From the IMG/VR virus record IMGVR_UViG_3300041964_000148: a stretch of DNA of 64,000 nt; one strand, given 5' to 3'. The position numbers and the translations under genes were made by a program. Under the pieces are notes generated by a model that had not been told where the DNA came from, ran no database searches, and was given only the letters and a program-made list of their open reading frames with translations. Origin of the DNA: a virus. Lineage: Duplodnaviria; Caudoviricetes. Of this stretch, positions 1-10,119 are shown piece after piece (the stretch's first letter is position 1; every line of letters starts with the position of its first letter).

Positions 1-211
1 GATTTTCTAAATCTGTTTTAACGCCACATTCAGGACAATCAAAAGTGACAAAGTAATCTGTCTCGTCACGAACAGTTGAGCTTGTTTGATACAAATCTTC
101 CTCGTCTACTAATAATTCTGCTCCACAACCTCCACCTCCGTTCCCTTGCCCAGTGCATATAGCCTTTGTACTCCAGCCTTTTTGTCCTGAACCTTGTTTT
201 AGTACTTTCAT
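1..211 (-). CDS. hypothetical protein, 3' end outside window (possible Zn-ribbon)
   Basis: Manual translation from ATG at 211: MKVLKQGSGQKGWSTKAICTGQGNGGGGCGAELLV...CPECGVKTDLEN, open to the window edge. Confidence 0.7.
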   Translation of the reverse strand, partial: MKVLKQGSGQKGWSTKAICTGQGNGGGGCGAELLVDEEDLYQTSSTVRDETDYFVTFDCPECGVKTDLEN

Positions 212-263
212 GGTTTCACCTAATTACTACTAAGTTCTTGGTTTCTTGTTAACTATCTAGAAT

Positions 264-530
264 CTATAGTCCTCCTAGTAAATGCTCACTTTGTCTGTAG
301 TCAGAGTGTGCTTCGTCTACATCGAACTCGATGCCAAGAGAGTTAGGATGCCCCATTGAACCAAGATAAAGCTTTACTTCTATTTGGTCGTCTTTGAGTC
401 CAGGGAAATCAGACTTAGCAATAGCTGCCAATACCTTTACATCCTCAAATGTTTTTACGTGCGAAGCCGTTATCTGGCAACGATGCTGTTTTTGCCACTT
501 CAATAATATGCGGTCAGATTTTTGTGTCAT
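264..530 (-). CDS. hypothetical protein
   Basis: ORF in a compact co-directional run of small genes. Confidence 0.65.
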   Translation of the reverse strand: MTQKSDRILLKWQKQHRCQITASHVKTFEDVKVLAAIAKSDFPGLKDDQIEVKLYLGSMGHPNSLGIEFDVDEAHSDYRQSEHLLGGL

Positions 531-575
531 TTCTTCACCTCGTAAATGTTTTCACAATCAATTGCGATCGCCTCA

Positions 576-809
576 CTAAAGACTGGCTAAATAGTCTCTA
601 ACTGCATTCTTAATCTCTAATTCGTCCTCAGTAGCTCTCCAGTCAGTCCACATATGCAGTCTCTTTGCCTTGGGGCTTTTGTTGTTTCTGTAATAAAACA
701 CATCGAGCGTCTGAGTTCTGATTGTTTCGGTAACTTTCGCCTGGTTAATGAGGGGATAGCGAATGTGGACTATTCTTATTTCTGCCTTAGTTATTTCTGC
801 CTTAGTCAT
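576..809 (-). CDS. hypothetical protein
   Basis: ORF in co-directional run; GAAGG-like RBS. Confidence 0.65.
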   Translation of the reverse strand: MTKAEITKAEIRIVHIRYPLINQAKVTETIRTQTLDVFYYRNNKSPKAKRLHMWTDWRATEDELEIKNAVRDYLASL

Positions 810-825
810 TTCTTGCCTTCAGTAA

Positions 826-1221
826 TTAGGATTCAGCCAGTTTACTTAAAAGGGAAAACGCCCTCAGACTAGCGATTTTGATCAGTTCGGACTTAGCTTC
901 GTCGCCTAAAGACTGAAGCTTGCCGATGATTCTGCGCTTGTCTTCCTCTTCCAGTAACTCTTCTAGTACCGGAATCATGTTGGATGGCTCTAGCTTCACT
1001 CGACTGCGCGAAGACGCAATCATCAAGGCGTCTATGTCTCTTTCGATTAAGTGAGATTCCTGAAGTTGTCTTTCAACTTCAGGATTAGTTGATGGGGCAA
1101 AAGATGCTCGGAAATCGTTAATTAATTGTTGCTCTTCTGGTGTCATAAATTTGTTGAATGGTATGTGGGCAAGAACGATAGTGGGCGATCGCAGCATTGG
1201 GCAAATCCGAGCCGTAGTCAC
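826..1221 (-). CDS. hypothetical protein (start may be downstream, MTPEEQ)
   Basis: Helical, charged ORF in co-directional run. Confidence 0.6.
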   Translation of the reverse strand: MTTARICPMLRSPTIVLAHIPFNKFMTPEEQQLINDFRASFAPSTNPEVERQLQESHLIERDIDALMIASSRSRVKLEPSNMIPVLEELLEEEDKRRIIGKLQSLGDEAKSELIKIASLRAFSLLSKLAES

Positions 1222-1262
1222 TATGGCTCGGATTAATACTCACAGCTTGCGAATGTTTTGGT

Positions 1263-1559
1263 TCATGATTTTGGTCTGTGAAAAAAGAACATTAAGTCAC
1301 CCGAATAGAAAATATCATCATCGTCTTGTTCGACTGGCTTAACAATTGGAAGAAACTGAGTTGAATGAAGTCTCCACCCATCTTTTGCATACTCGTTCAT
1401 AAATTCAGTTACGAGCGTTGAGGCTGTTTCTTCGTTATGGCATAGTTTAACGGCAAGGTACTCTTCTTTGACTGGACTACGAGTTTTCTCTGCGTCAGCC
1501 TTCTCTTCTTCTTCTTTAACGAGGCGATTGAATTTCTCTTCATGTGATTCAACTGACAT
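1263..1559 (-). CDS. small protein, DUF4177-like
   Basis: EYLAV...MNEYAKDGWRL...FFFHRP pattern; GGAGG RBS. Confidence 0.55.
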   Translation of the reverse strand: MSVESHEEKFNRLVKEEEEKADAEKTRSPVKEEYLAVKLCHNEETASTLVTEFMNEYAKDGWRLHSTQFLPIVKPVEQDDDDIFYSGDLMFFFHRPKS

Positions 1560-1589
1560 TGTATTCCTCCGCTACTTTTTGATGGGATA

Positions 1590-1949
1590 CTATATGTCAA
1601 GAAAAGTACTTTTTGGAATAGCTAGCCACCCATCGGCAGGTAAAATTCCCCCCCTATCTTTGGGAATGGAAAGAGCCGCACCTTTTTCGTCGGTAAAATG
1701 CAACTGACAACTAGCACACCCCTCAAATTTCCAAGTTCCGTAGTTCGCGTATCTCATTCCAGTGCCGACACTATCGGCAGCCGCAAGCTCGTAATATTCG
1801 CCTATTTTTAGTGAAACTGGGATTGCTACGGGTGTTAGTTTTTCGGGCGGCAGTTCATCCGGTAATGCATCATCGTCGATATTGTATCCTTTGTAGGTCA
1901 TAGCTTCCTTAGTAACGCAGTAAAATGATTGTAACAAATACGGTATCAT
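1590..1949 (-). CDS. hypothetical protein
   Basis: ORF track; likely start at MTYKGY. Confidence 0.55.
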   Translation of the reverse strand: MIPYLLQSFYCVTKEAMTYKGYNIDDDALPDELPPEKLTPVAIPVSLKIGEYYELAAADSVGTGMRYANYGTWKFEGCASCQLHFTDEKGAALSIPKDRGGILPADGWLAIPKSTFLDI

Positions 1950-2015
1950 CTATGAGCCAACCAAAATTACAGCCTGATTGGGCGGCGATCGCAAACTGAT
2001 CAATAGTAATGGCCC

Positions 2016-2066
2016 CGTAGCCACATCCTCTTAGAATCCCTCGTCTTTTAAGCGAGGGAGATGTCA
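2016..2066 (+). mobile_element. orphan IS200/IS605 right-end remnant
   Basis: CGTAGCCACATCCTCTTAGAATCCCTCG-TCTTTTAAG-CGAGGGAGATGTCA closely resembles the right end of the element at 31114 (CGTAACATCCTTTGAGAATCCCTCG...CGAGGGAGTACGTCAA); no tnpB attached. Confidence 0.6.
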
Positions 2067-2099
2067 TACTAAGGCTTAATTCGCCAAGTTTTAAAGCAG

Positions 2100-2369
2100 A
2101 TGTTGGATCTTGAAGAGTTCGGTGTCACATGGAGAGAATTGTCCGAGATCTCTTATAGCGCGACAAGTATATTAGAAGAAAACGCCCCCAGGTGGGACGA
2201 ACTAACTTATCAGCAACAATTACTTATTGAAATAGGCTTGCGCCAAGTACAAGCTGCCGCTAATAGACAAATCAAGTCAGCAGAGTATTGGCGCGATTTT
2301 GTCAAAAATCGATTGGAAACGAGGTTAATGGTTTCAGGGGCAAGCAATCAGAGGGATAGATTGAGATAA
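2100..2369 (+). CDS. hypothetical protein
   Basis: TAATG-coupled to the endolysin. Confidence 0.65.
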   Translation: MLDLEEFGVTWRELSEISYSATSILEENAPRWDELTYQQQLLIEIGLRQVQAAANRQIKSAEYWRDFVKNRLETRLMVSGASNQRDRLR

Positions 2370-3865
2370 TGTCGCCAATTTCGCTCTCTGCCCTAAAACC
2401 CGAATACCAGAAACTCTGGGACACCTGCACTATCAACCCAGAATCTAAGAAAGAAGCGGAAGGAATAGTAGCCCGAATACTCGCTCAGAAATCTCGCTAT
2501 CAATCTATCGCATCCTCAATCGGCTGCCCCTGGGAATTTGTTGCCGTAATTCACAACATGGAGGCAAGCTTAAACTTTAACTGCCACCTGCACAACGGTG
2601 ATCCGCTTAGTGGGTATACCTACAACGAACCCCCCAATCGTCCAGCTCATGGTAAGCCACCTTTCACTTGGGAAGAAAGTGCCGAGGATGCGCTGAAGTT
2701 AATGCAAATAGATCAAGTCAAGGATTGGTCAGTTACCGGGAGACTGTTTCAAGGAGAGCAATATAACGGTTGGGGATACCGCCTATACCATCCAGAAGTT
2801 CTAACCCCTTATTTGTGGAGTGGAACTAGCCATTACGTCCGAGGCAAATATGCCTCGGATGGCTACTTTGATCGAAATCTAAAAAGTGAACAAATAGGCA
2901 TCGTGCCATTGCTCAAGCTCTTGTCAAGCAACGCGAACACCCAACAGCAACCTATTGCAAAAATGACGACAGAATTATTAAAGGGCGGCGCTTGCAAGTT
3001 GCGGATAGAGAAAGATGCATACCTTACTCAAGCGCCTATTCCAGCACTAGAGTTAAAGACAAGCGATCGCATACTTCGTGTTCGGGCAGGGACTATATTG
3101 CCCGTACTAGCTTGGCGACAAGTAGGGGCAGGATTCCTGGTCGTGACCTTTGGCAAAACCCTTCGAGGGTACAACACCTGGCACGTCAGAGAAGAGGATG
3201 TAAGAATGTCGCCCCTCGTGCCCAAACTCCCGGTTCAAATTGCGGCGAAGCCAGTTGTTCCAGGTGATTTATCCAGTTTGCCGGGGGACAAAATCATCCG
3301 ATTCCTGCATAGCCGCGACTTCCGGGTCCGGGCGCTCAACATCGTGTACCTCGTTGGCGCTTCGGCAGAGGACTGGTCACCGATACCCAACTTAGTAGAT
3401 GGCTGGAACGACGTTCGTTGCGTGGTTCGCGACAATGGCGAGGTACTTGGGAGCTGGCAAGCAACGACAGATCCGGGGGAACATTACCTAGAGAATCCCA
3501 TGAACCCACTGGGATGCGCCATTGTCGCATTAGGGCAGCACAAAGATGCTTGGGAGATTGGGGAACACAAAGCTGGACATTGGGGATTAGTTCAGTGTGG
3601 AGATCTAGTAATTTATCGCGACCAGCTCGCAACCGGAGTGCGATCGGGTCACACTGTTCGGGCAGGGGCTGAGTGTGGACTGAACCACCACGGGACTGGC
3701 GAACGAGATGGAGACCCAAACTCAATCGGGTTTTGGAGCGCTGGTTGCTGCGTTGGGCTGTATCGAAAATCTCACGATAAATTTATGGATTTGTGCAGAC
3801 ATTCGGGCAACTCAACTTTTGACGCTACCCTGATTGATGGAGCAACACTATACAACTTTCGTTAA
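2369..3865 (+). CDS. endolysin: N-terminal lysozyme-family (COG5526-like) domain plus a second putative peptidoglycan-acting domain
   Basis: VIHNMEASLNF..HLHNGDPL..TWEESA..YNGWGY..PYLWSGT..GKY.SDG; C-terminal ATTDPG..YRD..NHHG..WSAGC. Confidence 0.8.
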   Translation: MSPISLSALKPEYQKLWDTCTINPESKKEAEGIVARILAQKSRYQSIASSIGCPWEFVAVIHNMEASLNFNCHLHNGDPLSGYTYNEPPNRPAHGKPPFTWEESAEDALKLMQIDQVKDWSVTGRLFQGEQYNGWGYRLYHPEVLTPYLWSGTSHYVRGKYASDGYFDRNLKSEQIGIVPLLKLLSSNANTQQQPIAKMTTELLKGGACKLRIEKDAYLTQAPIPALELKTSDRILRVRAGTILPVLAWRQVGAGFLVVTFGKTLRGYNTWHVREEDVRMSPLVPKLPVQIAAKPVVPGDLSSLPGDKIIRFLHSRDFRVRALNIVYLVGASAEDWSPIPNLVDGWNDVRCVVRDNGEVLGSWQATTDPGEHYLENPMNPLGCAIVALGQHKDAWEIGEHKAGHWGLVQCGDLVIYRDQLATGVRSGHTVRAGAECGLNHHGTGERDGDPNSIGFWSAGCCVGLYRKSHDKFMDLCRHSGNSTFDATLIDGATLYNFR

Positions 3866-3877
3866 AAATTAGAATTT

Positions 3878-4336
3878 ATGCCTACTCAGCAACTATCTCC
3901 TTCTCAATGGGTCGTTGATATTTCTGCCCTTTCCAACGCGGCAGGAAATTTCCTCTCCTTGGCTGGAGGCACCATAACTACAGTTGTTTCTGTTGCAGCA
4001 GTCGCTGCTGTAGTGGGAATTTGCGTTATTAACAACAAAGATTTACCCCCTTGGGCGCAGGTAGCCTTGGGGACAGGTACTGTAGCTGGGGTTGTTTACG
4101 ATCCCAAGAAAGATCAGACAAGAATTCATCAAGAATTCCAGCAGCCAGTGGACAATGCCTCAATTGCCACAGCACCCAATTCCTCCACAAATACAGAGCT
4201 GCGAACTGCTCCTGATATCAGCGTAATGCGATCGCAACCTTCCCCACCTCCCGATCCTGAATGGTTACAGGATAGTAACGAGTTGGACGACAGTGGGGAA
4301 TGGTTGACACCTAAGGAACTTGCAATGATGGGTTAA
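3878..4336 (+). CDS. putative holin / membrane protein
   Basis: Two hydrophobic segments; directly after the endolysin. Confidence 0.5.
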   Translation: MPTQQLSPSQWVVDISALSNAAGNFLSLAGGTITTVVSVAAVAAVVGICVINNKDLPPWAQVALGTGTVAGVVYDPKKDQTRIHQEFQQPVDNASIATAPNSSTNTELRTAPDISVMRSQPSPPPDPEWLQDSNELDDSGEWLTPKELAMMG

Positions 4337-4551
4337 GGTGTTAAATAGTAACAGTAGTAACGTATCCACGCTGTCCTGACGGGCATCGTGGTTTTTAATG
4401 CGTGTTTCGTAGTAAATTTGAAAACGATCGCATCCTTTGAGACAAAACGCCGGATGCGATCGCTATCCACACACATAAGGAATAAAAACTCATGTCATAA
4501 CAATTATATCGGCGTATTATTTTTCGGCAAACTCCTCACCACACACACACT

Positions 4552-6621
4552 ATGCAACAAACACTAGAAAAACCTTGGCTAATTGGATTTCGACTCTACC
4601 AACTAGACCTTCGGAGAGAAATTATAAAAGCCTGGAGAGAAGGCGCACAGAGGATACTGGTTCAACTTTGTACTGGTGGTGGCAAAAGCATGATTATTCG
4701 TTCATTCCAGCTAGAGCTGTGGCTGAAGGGCAAGAAAGTTCTGCTGGTTTGTCAAGATACTGGGATACTGACTCAGTTGTTAAGCCATGCGATTGAGTCT
4801 GGTATTCCTCAAGATCAGGTAGGGGTTCTAAAAGCCTGGAAAAGTGGCGAATATCCCCTTGAATTGCACAAGCCTATGCAGATTGCAATGGTTCAAAGCC
4901 TGACTAACAATTGGGAAGAATTAACGTCGGGGACACATCCCCTTGCCCCCGATTTAATCCTAATTGATGAGTGCCATCATTGCGACAGCCAAAATAATTA
5001 CTTCCAGCTTTGGGAGCAATTTCCAGAGGCGAAAATACTAGGTTTGTCGGCTACTCCTGCCCGTCCCAACGGTCACGGCTTCTACTATCCAGAGGAAGAA
5101 GGGCAAGATAGAAAGTATTTATTTGATCGGCTCATTCTAGGAGTGCCAAAGCGATCGCTCATTGACCAAGGGTTTCTGCCAGAGTGCGGAACTTACTTTG
5201 CTCTAACCCCCAGTCTCAGAGGCGTGGCAAAGAAAAGAGGGGAATTCAGGGTAACAGGTGCTAATGGACTAGAGTCCCGATACAACAATGCCACTATTCG
5301 GGGTGATGTCATTCGTGCTTGGCGGGAGTTCGTTTACGACAGATTCGGTGCTGCTCCTACTATGTGCTATGGGGTGAGTGTTGCTCACATCAAAGACATC
5401 GCTGCTGATTTTAGAGCAAACAATATCCCCGCTGTGGCTTTGCACGGGAAAATGGGCAGGGGTGAGCAGGCTAAAGTCCTGAAGTCATTTATCGCAAGAG
5501 AAGCGGTTATTTTGTGCCTGTGCGGCATGGGTCAAGAAGGCTTTGATCTGGCTACCCTAGCTAAGTCAATGGGGCTAGAAGCCGAAAACGTATTTTGCGT
5601 GATCAAGGCATTGGCAACAACAAGCCTTGTTAAAAACTCACAGCTAGATGGACGAATACGAGGCATAGACTTAATGCGATGGAATTGGCGGCAATTGCCC
5701 GAAAAGGTTGAGGTTATTGAGACAGATCAACCAATAAATCAACCACAAGCAACAGACGCAGTTCTAGGAGGTTCTCGCTCACCGATTCATGGGGCAATGG
5801 TGCTAGGTGGAATGGCAGGGGTTGAATCGCTGCTCAAATCGAAGGATATAGGCGGAAGGGTAGCGGGAATTAAGAAGGTTCTGGCAATGTCCAGGCTTGA
5901 CTTGTTGGAGCCTTTCTTAGTGCCAGGGAACGAAGACCCCTCCCCACAGGTTCAGGCGTTAGTTGAAACCATCCTAGATCATAAGGGGTTAGCTTCTGTG
6001 GGCAAGCTGCTTTACGGCGTGATAATCGACTGCGGCAACAATTTTGTCCGCCACGAAGTATACGACGCCGAACATGAATGGAGTTTGGAGGGGGTCACAG
6101 TTAGACCTCTTAATAGCAAGCAGTGTCCGGAGTGCAGCCTGGTTGGCTTGAAAGCCAACCTAAGCAAATGCCCAAATTGTGGTCACGTTTTCTCTAAAGA
6201 AAAAGTCGAAGAAAACAGCCAAACCCCAGCAGGCGAAGGGGCGACTATTAGCCAAGATAAAGAATGCCAAATGGCGCTATTAGACAAGGAGGCTTGGCGC
6301 TCTTGGAAAGAGTTAATGAAGGAAAAACGTAGCAACTATGTCGCGCTGACAGAATTTATTATGTCGGGCGCACCGATACCAGAAATAGCAAGAGCTGGAA
6401 GGCAATGTAAAACACAGAAAGGTATACCTTATAAGAAATATGCCATTTACAGTCTTTGGCTTGGTTGCCAGCGCAAAATTCATGGGCAACTTTGGCTCCC
6501 CACTTTAGAAGCATTAGAAGAGTGGTGCAATGCTTTCGGCTACAGAAGGGGAATAGCTAGGGACTGGATGGCTGAATGTGAAGAATATGTTACAAAAAGA
6601 AAAACCCCTTTGCTCTTCTAA
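4552..6621 (+). CDS. SF2 DEAD/DEAH-box helicase with C-terminal Zn ribbon
   Basis: TGGGKS, DECH, SAT, EGFD and QLDGR motifs; CPEC..CPNC. Confidence 0.9.
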   Translation: MQQTLEKPWLIGFRLYQLDLRREIIKAWREGAQRILVQLCTGGGKSMIIRSFQLELWLKGKKVLLVCQDTGILTQLLSHAIESGIPQDQVGVLKAWKSGEYPLELHKPMQIAMVQSLTNNWEELTSGTHPLAPDLILIDECHHCDSQNNYFQLWEQFPEAKILGLSATPARPNGHGFYYPEEEGQDRKYLFDRLILGVPKRSLIDQGFLPECGTYFALTPSLRGVAKKRGEFRVTGANGLESRYNNATIRGDVIRAWREFVYDRFGAAPTMCYGVSVAHIKDIAADFRANNIPAVALHGKMGRGEQAKVLKSFIAREAVILCLCGMGQEGFDLATLAKSMGLEAENVFCVIKALATTSLVKNSQLDGRIRGIDLMRWNWRQLPEKVEVIETDQPINQPQATDAVLGGSRSPIHGAMVLGGMAGVESLLKSKDIGGRVAGIKKVLAMSRLDLLEPFLVPGNEDPSPQVQALVETILDHKGLASVGKLLYGVIIDCGNNFVRHEVYDAEHEWSLEGVTVRPLNSKQCPECSLVGLKANLSKCPNCGHVFSKEKVEENSQTPAGEGATISQDKECQMALLDKEAWRSWKELMKEKRSNYVALTEFIMSGAPIPEIARAGRQCKTQKGIPYKKYAIYSLWLGCQRKIHGQLWLPTLEALEEWCNAFGYRRGIARDWMAECEEYVTKRKTPLLF

Positions 6622-6720
6622 ATCGTAATATGAAGGCGATCGCAAAGCGCAGGTCGCCTTCCCTCGGATGTTCGCTTTTCAGTGAAATTAGATAGCTCAA
6701 AAAAGTAGTGGAAGACCCCA

Positions 6721-7353
6721 ATGAAAATTAACAGTTTGACGTTTCAAACAACCCCTTGTAGCGACGGGCGCATGGCTTTTATGTGTCCTGAACTTGGGAT
6801 CTGTGAACTTCTGCCCGATGATCCTGATGAGGATGAGGGTATTGTCTACAGAGTTGCAGACCTAGCGACAGTATGTGAGGAAGCCCTAGTTTTCCTCTGG
6901 GACGCTAAAGCACTAGAGGAGACCCCAGCCCTAGTTGAACTACTTAAAAGCATTGATTTAGATGACGCCAGGGAGGGCATTAACTCCTCCCGCGAGGAAT
7001 GGGCAATCGAGAGCAATTATCCAGCTCTAAAAACCCACTGGAACAGGAGAGTGGCAATCCCTTATATAAGGTGGGAGATGCCACAAGAAGATCGGTACGT
7101 TTCAAAAGCAGACTTTGCGATCGCTATCGCAAATTGGGAACAAGAAAAGGAAGCAGAGAAAGAAGCATGGGAGATACTGCTCTGCAAAGGTAAAGATGAT
7201 CAAAGGTGGATCGACTGGATTCACTGGGTAACAAAAAAATTACTTCCAACTTATCAAAAGAAGTACCGGAAGAAGGTTTGGGAGGAGTGGGAAAAGGTTG
7301 GTTTACCAGTTTTGCCGTTTGAAGAGACTTTGAAGAGAAAAAAACCACTATAA
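6721..7353 (+). CDS. hypothetical protein
   Basis: 210-aa ORF followed by a terminator. Confidence 0.7.
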   Translation: MKINSLTFQTTPCSDGRMAFMCPELGICELLPDDPDEDEGIVYRVADLATVCEEALVFLWDAKALEETPALVELLKSIDLDDAREGINSSREEWAIESNYPALKTHWNRRVAIPYIRWEMPQEDRYVSKADFAIAIANWEQEKEAEKEAWEILLCKGKDDQRWIDWIHWVTKKLLPTYQKKYRKKVWEEWEKVGLPVLPFEETLKRKKPL

Positions 7354-7360
7354 CCAAATA

Positions 7361-7395
7361 AAAACCCCCTTGATCGTGTTGATCAAGGGGGTTTT
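7361..7395. terminator. bidirectional intrinsic terminator
   Basis: AAAACCCCCTTGATC-N5-GATCAAGGGGGTTTT between convergent genes. Confidence 0.8.
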
Positions 7396-7416
7396 CAGAA
7401 TTAAAGAGACTTGCAT

Positions 7417-9249
7417 TTAACCAGCGATCGCTCTCATCTGCCGAGCCTCTTCCAGCTCCTGTTTTAATTGCTCAATTTCCCGTTCCTTTTGAGCTAACTG
7501 CGCCTCAATTGCCTGTGCCTGCTCAGAAAGAAACTGTTCATTCAGGATTTTATTCTCGTTCTCCTTCCTGAGTTCTTCATTTTCTGCCTGTAACTCACTC
7601 ACCTGTAATCGCAGAAGAGTATTTAGATTTTGTACATTTTCTACCTCCTCCCTGGAAATTTTTTCTGGCTTCTCCCCTGTCTGCTTTCTAGGCTTTGGGT
7701 TGAAACGGAACTTGTATTTGTCCTCCCAGTTCTCCTCGGTGGAAACTGATTTGATCGTTTCAGAGATCGCCTTTTTGGTCAGCTCTGGCGCAGATTCAAT
7801 AACGAGTTTCTTCGCCTCCAAAATTTCCTCTTCCTCAGCGTCTCTGAAGGTATCCATCCTTCTCAACTCCAAGGCTGCCGCATCGGACATCCCCTTGACC
7901 TTCACCTGAATATCCTGATCTACTAGGGGTAGTAACTCACGCCGCTCTTGTTCGGCATTAGCCTTTTCCCTCGCACTGTTGGGACGATAAGGGAATCCTT
8001 CCTCGTCGTGAAGGCGCCGACACATTTGCTCAAAAGTGCCGTATTCTTGGGACTTCCGGCGATTATCATTCTGGAAAACAACAAACTTGAGTTCCCACAG
8101 GTAGTCTGTCACCGCTTCGGAAAAAGGCTGGCTTATTTCGATCAACTTAACGGCGATCGCCCGACACTTCCTCTCATGTTCTGAGGTAAGGAAAGTCCAG
8201 TCCTCGCCCTCTTCCCCTTCTTCCTCTGTTACCTCTGCAATAGAGTCATCCAACTTCTTACAGTCACTATAAGAAGTTCCATCACTTTCCTCTTCCTCTG
8301 TTTCAGGATCTGTCTCAGGAGCGGCTTCCTCAACTGCTGCCGGTTGTGCAACTACTTCTGTTACTTGTAATTTGCTCACCACAGGGGAGCGTGGCGTAAA
8401 TTGAAGTAAGTTACTTTTCGTTGGTTCTGGAGGCGTAAAGATCACTTCAATGGGGGCAAAATCATCTTCCTCTTGATCTTCTTCTCGATCCTCTTCCGGA
8501 TCATCTAAGAAATCTTCTAAAAACCGTCCTTCTAGCCCTAACTCTCCCTCTATTTCCGGATATTCTAAGAAGTCTTCTTCGAGTTCTTCTAGGGGTTCTT
8601 CTGGGAGCAACTCTTCAACAAAATCAGTAATTTCTGAGATTAGTTCCGGCATCGACACTTCGTTTGTCGCCTCAGCCTCTTCAAGAGGCTCAGCCCCAGC
8701 CCCCTGAAAAGGGGCAATTTCATCTTCTACTTCTAGCAATTTATCCAAAAGGGCTTGAGCCTCAGCCTGATCTTTTACAAACTTCGTTGATTGAATAGGA
8801 TCTTGCCCTTTAATGTCAAAGCGCATTCCACTGGCAGTTACCGAGGCGATCGCCTTTACTCCCCTAGCCTCTACTGTTTGTTTTTTGGTGGGACGTAGGA
8901 ACCGATCCTCAACCCACTTCTTATTCCAATTCCCACTAGGAGAAATAACGTTGCAGTAAGCTTTACCTTTATAAAAATCATCTACAGGATCATGCTGAAT
9001 CACTTCAGCAAAAAAACCTGTGTGGTCGCCCCGATCATCGAAAATACTAAGGATTTCCCCAATTTTAAGTTTCTCAACTTCCTTTAAGGAAACTGAAGGT
9101 ACCCAGTCTACTGTTCGCAGATCTTTACTGTAATTAGTGAGTTCACAACGAATTTGGTCTTTTTTCCCTTTTTCGATTACACGAGCATAATAGCCCTTAT
9201 ATTGCCCCTTAAGAACGCGATTTATAGGACTTGCTGTAGTTGTAGACAT
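7417..9249 (-). CDS. large acidic protein with C-terminal coiled coil
   Basis: 610-aa ORF; E/D-rich middle; heptad C-terminus. Confidence 0.75.
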   Translation of the reverse strand: MSTTTASPINRVLKGQYKGYYARVIEKGKKDQIRCELTNYSKDLRTVDWVPSVSLKEVEKLKIGEILSIFDDRGDHTGFFAEVIQHDPVDDFYKGKAYCNVISPSGNWNKKWVEDRFLRPTKKQTVEARGVKAIASVTASGMRFDIKGQDPIQSTKFVKDQAEAQALLDKLLEVEDEIAPFQGAGAEPLEEAEATNEVSMPELISEITDFVEELLPEEPLEELEEDFLEYPEIEGELGLEGRFLEDFLDDPEEDREEDQEEDDFAPIEVIFTPPEPTKSNLLQFTPRSPVVSKLQVTEVVAQPAAVEEAAPETDPETEEEESDGTSYSDCKKLDDSIAEVTEEEGEEGEDWTFLTSEHERKCRAIAVKLIEISQPFSEAVTDYLWELKFVVFQNDNRRKSQEYGTFEQMCRRLHDEEGFPYRPNSAREKANAEQERRELLPLVDQDIQVKVKGMSDAAALELRRMDTFRDAEEEEILEAKKLVIESAPELTKKAISETIKSVSTEENWEDKYKFRFNPKPRKQTGEKPEKISREEVENVQNLNTLLRLQVSELQAENEELRKENENKILNEQFLSEQAQAIEAQLAQKEREIEQLKQELEEARQMRAIAG

Positions 9250-9932
9250 AGTTGGCTCTCTGTTGTTTGTATTTGGTTATCAACTTGCACTGGTATATCT
9301 AGACCGAGAAACTTGTTGTGCCCGCGAACGACCGCTCTGTTGTTCCGGTGATGTAATGCTGATGCTCCATCTAGGGCGATCGCTTCTTCATGTACCCCAG
9401 GTTCGCCCTTCCTGGGAGAAGTGGTGTAACCCTTGTGCTGGGCTAAACCGTACATGGAAAACTGAGGCCAGGACGCAAGGCGAGTGATTAGTTCGTCGCG
9501 CCATTCTTTGGCAATAATCGACGCAGCAGCGATCGCACAAATTTTGGTATCCCCTTTTATCACTGCCGATTGCCGACGCTTACCTATTCCTGGGATGAGG
9601 TTGCGTCCATCAACAAAGATTTGATCAGCATTGATATTAAGCCCTTCAACCGCCCGCTTCATTGCCAAGAGGGATGCTCGGCAAATATCGCCTTCGTTAA
9701 TTTCCCTGACTGAGCCTACGCCAATCTTGTAACGCCCTATCTCCTTGAGTAAGGGGACAAGAACAGAGCGTTGTTTTGGGGAACGTTGTTTTGAGTCCCT
9801 CCCCTCGTACTTGCCCCATTCCAGTACCTTTTCCAACTCCTGAAGATGTTCGGGAAGCGGACTATAGGCACAAGCTACGACAGGACCAAAGGCGGGCCCT
9901 AAGCCGACTTCATCTACGCCAATTAAAATCAT
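9222..9932 (-). CDS. rnhB: ribonuclease HII
   Basis: GVDEVG.GP.FGPV, DSK, VDG, KGD....IAAASIIAK..RD, HKGY motifs. Confidence 0.92.
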   Translation of the reverse strand: MILIGVDEVGLGPAFGPVVACAYSPLPEHLQELEKVLEWGKYEGRDSKQRSPKQRSVLVPLLKEIGRYKIGVGSVREINEGDICRASLLAMKRAVEGLNINADQIFVDGRNLIPGIGKRRQSAVIKGDTKICAIAAASIIAKEWRDELITRLASWPQFSMYGLAQHKGYTTSPRKGEPGVHEEAIALDGASALHHRNNRAVVRGHNKFLGLDIPVQVDNQIQTTESQLCLQLQQVL

Positions 9933-10119
9933 CAGAACACCTCCGATGCGGGAAACTCAGTGTCCTTAGATCTGAGAGGAACGCACGGTAGCGGTTTTAA
10001 CCGCCTACAGTCTTTAGAATCCATATCCATAACCATCCTTTTGGTGAATTTGCTGACAATATTTATATTTTCTCCGTCACGGTTCTCCGTGATGAATGTA
10101 ATGAACTGCTGCCAGTGCC

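Noticed and set aside
5665-6015. Intein in the helicase
   Set aside because: No C/S start, HN-C/S/T end or other splicing motifs
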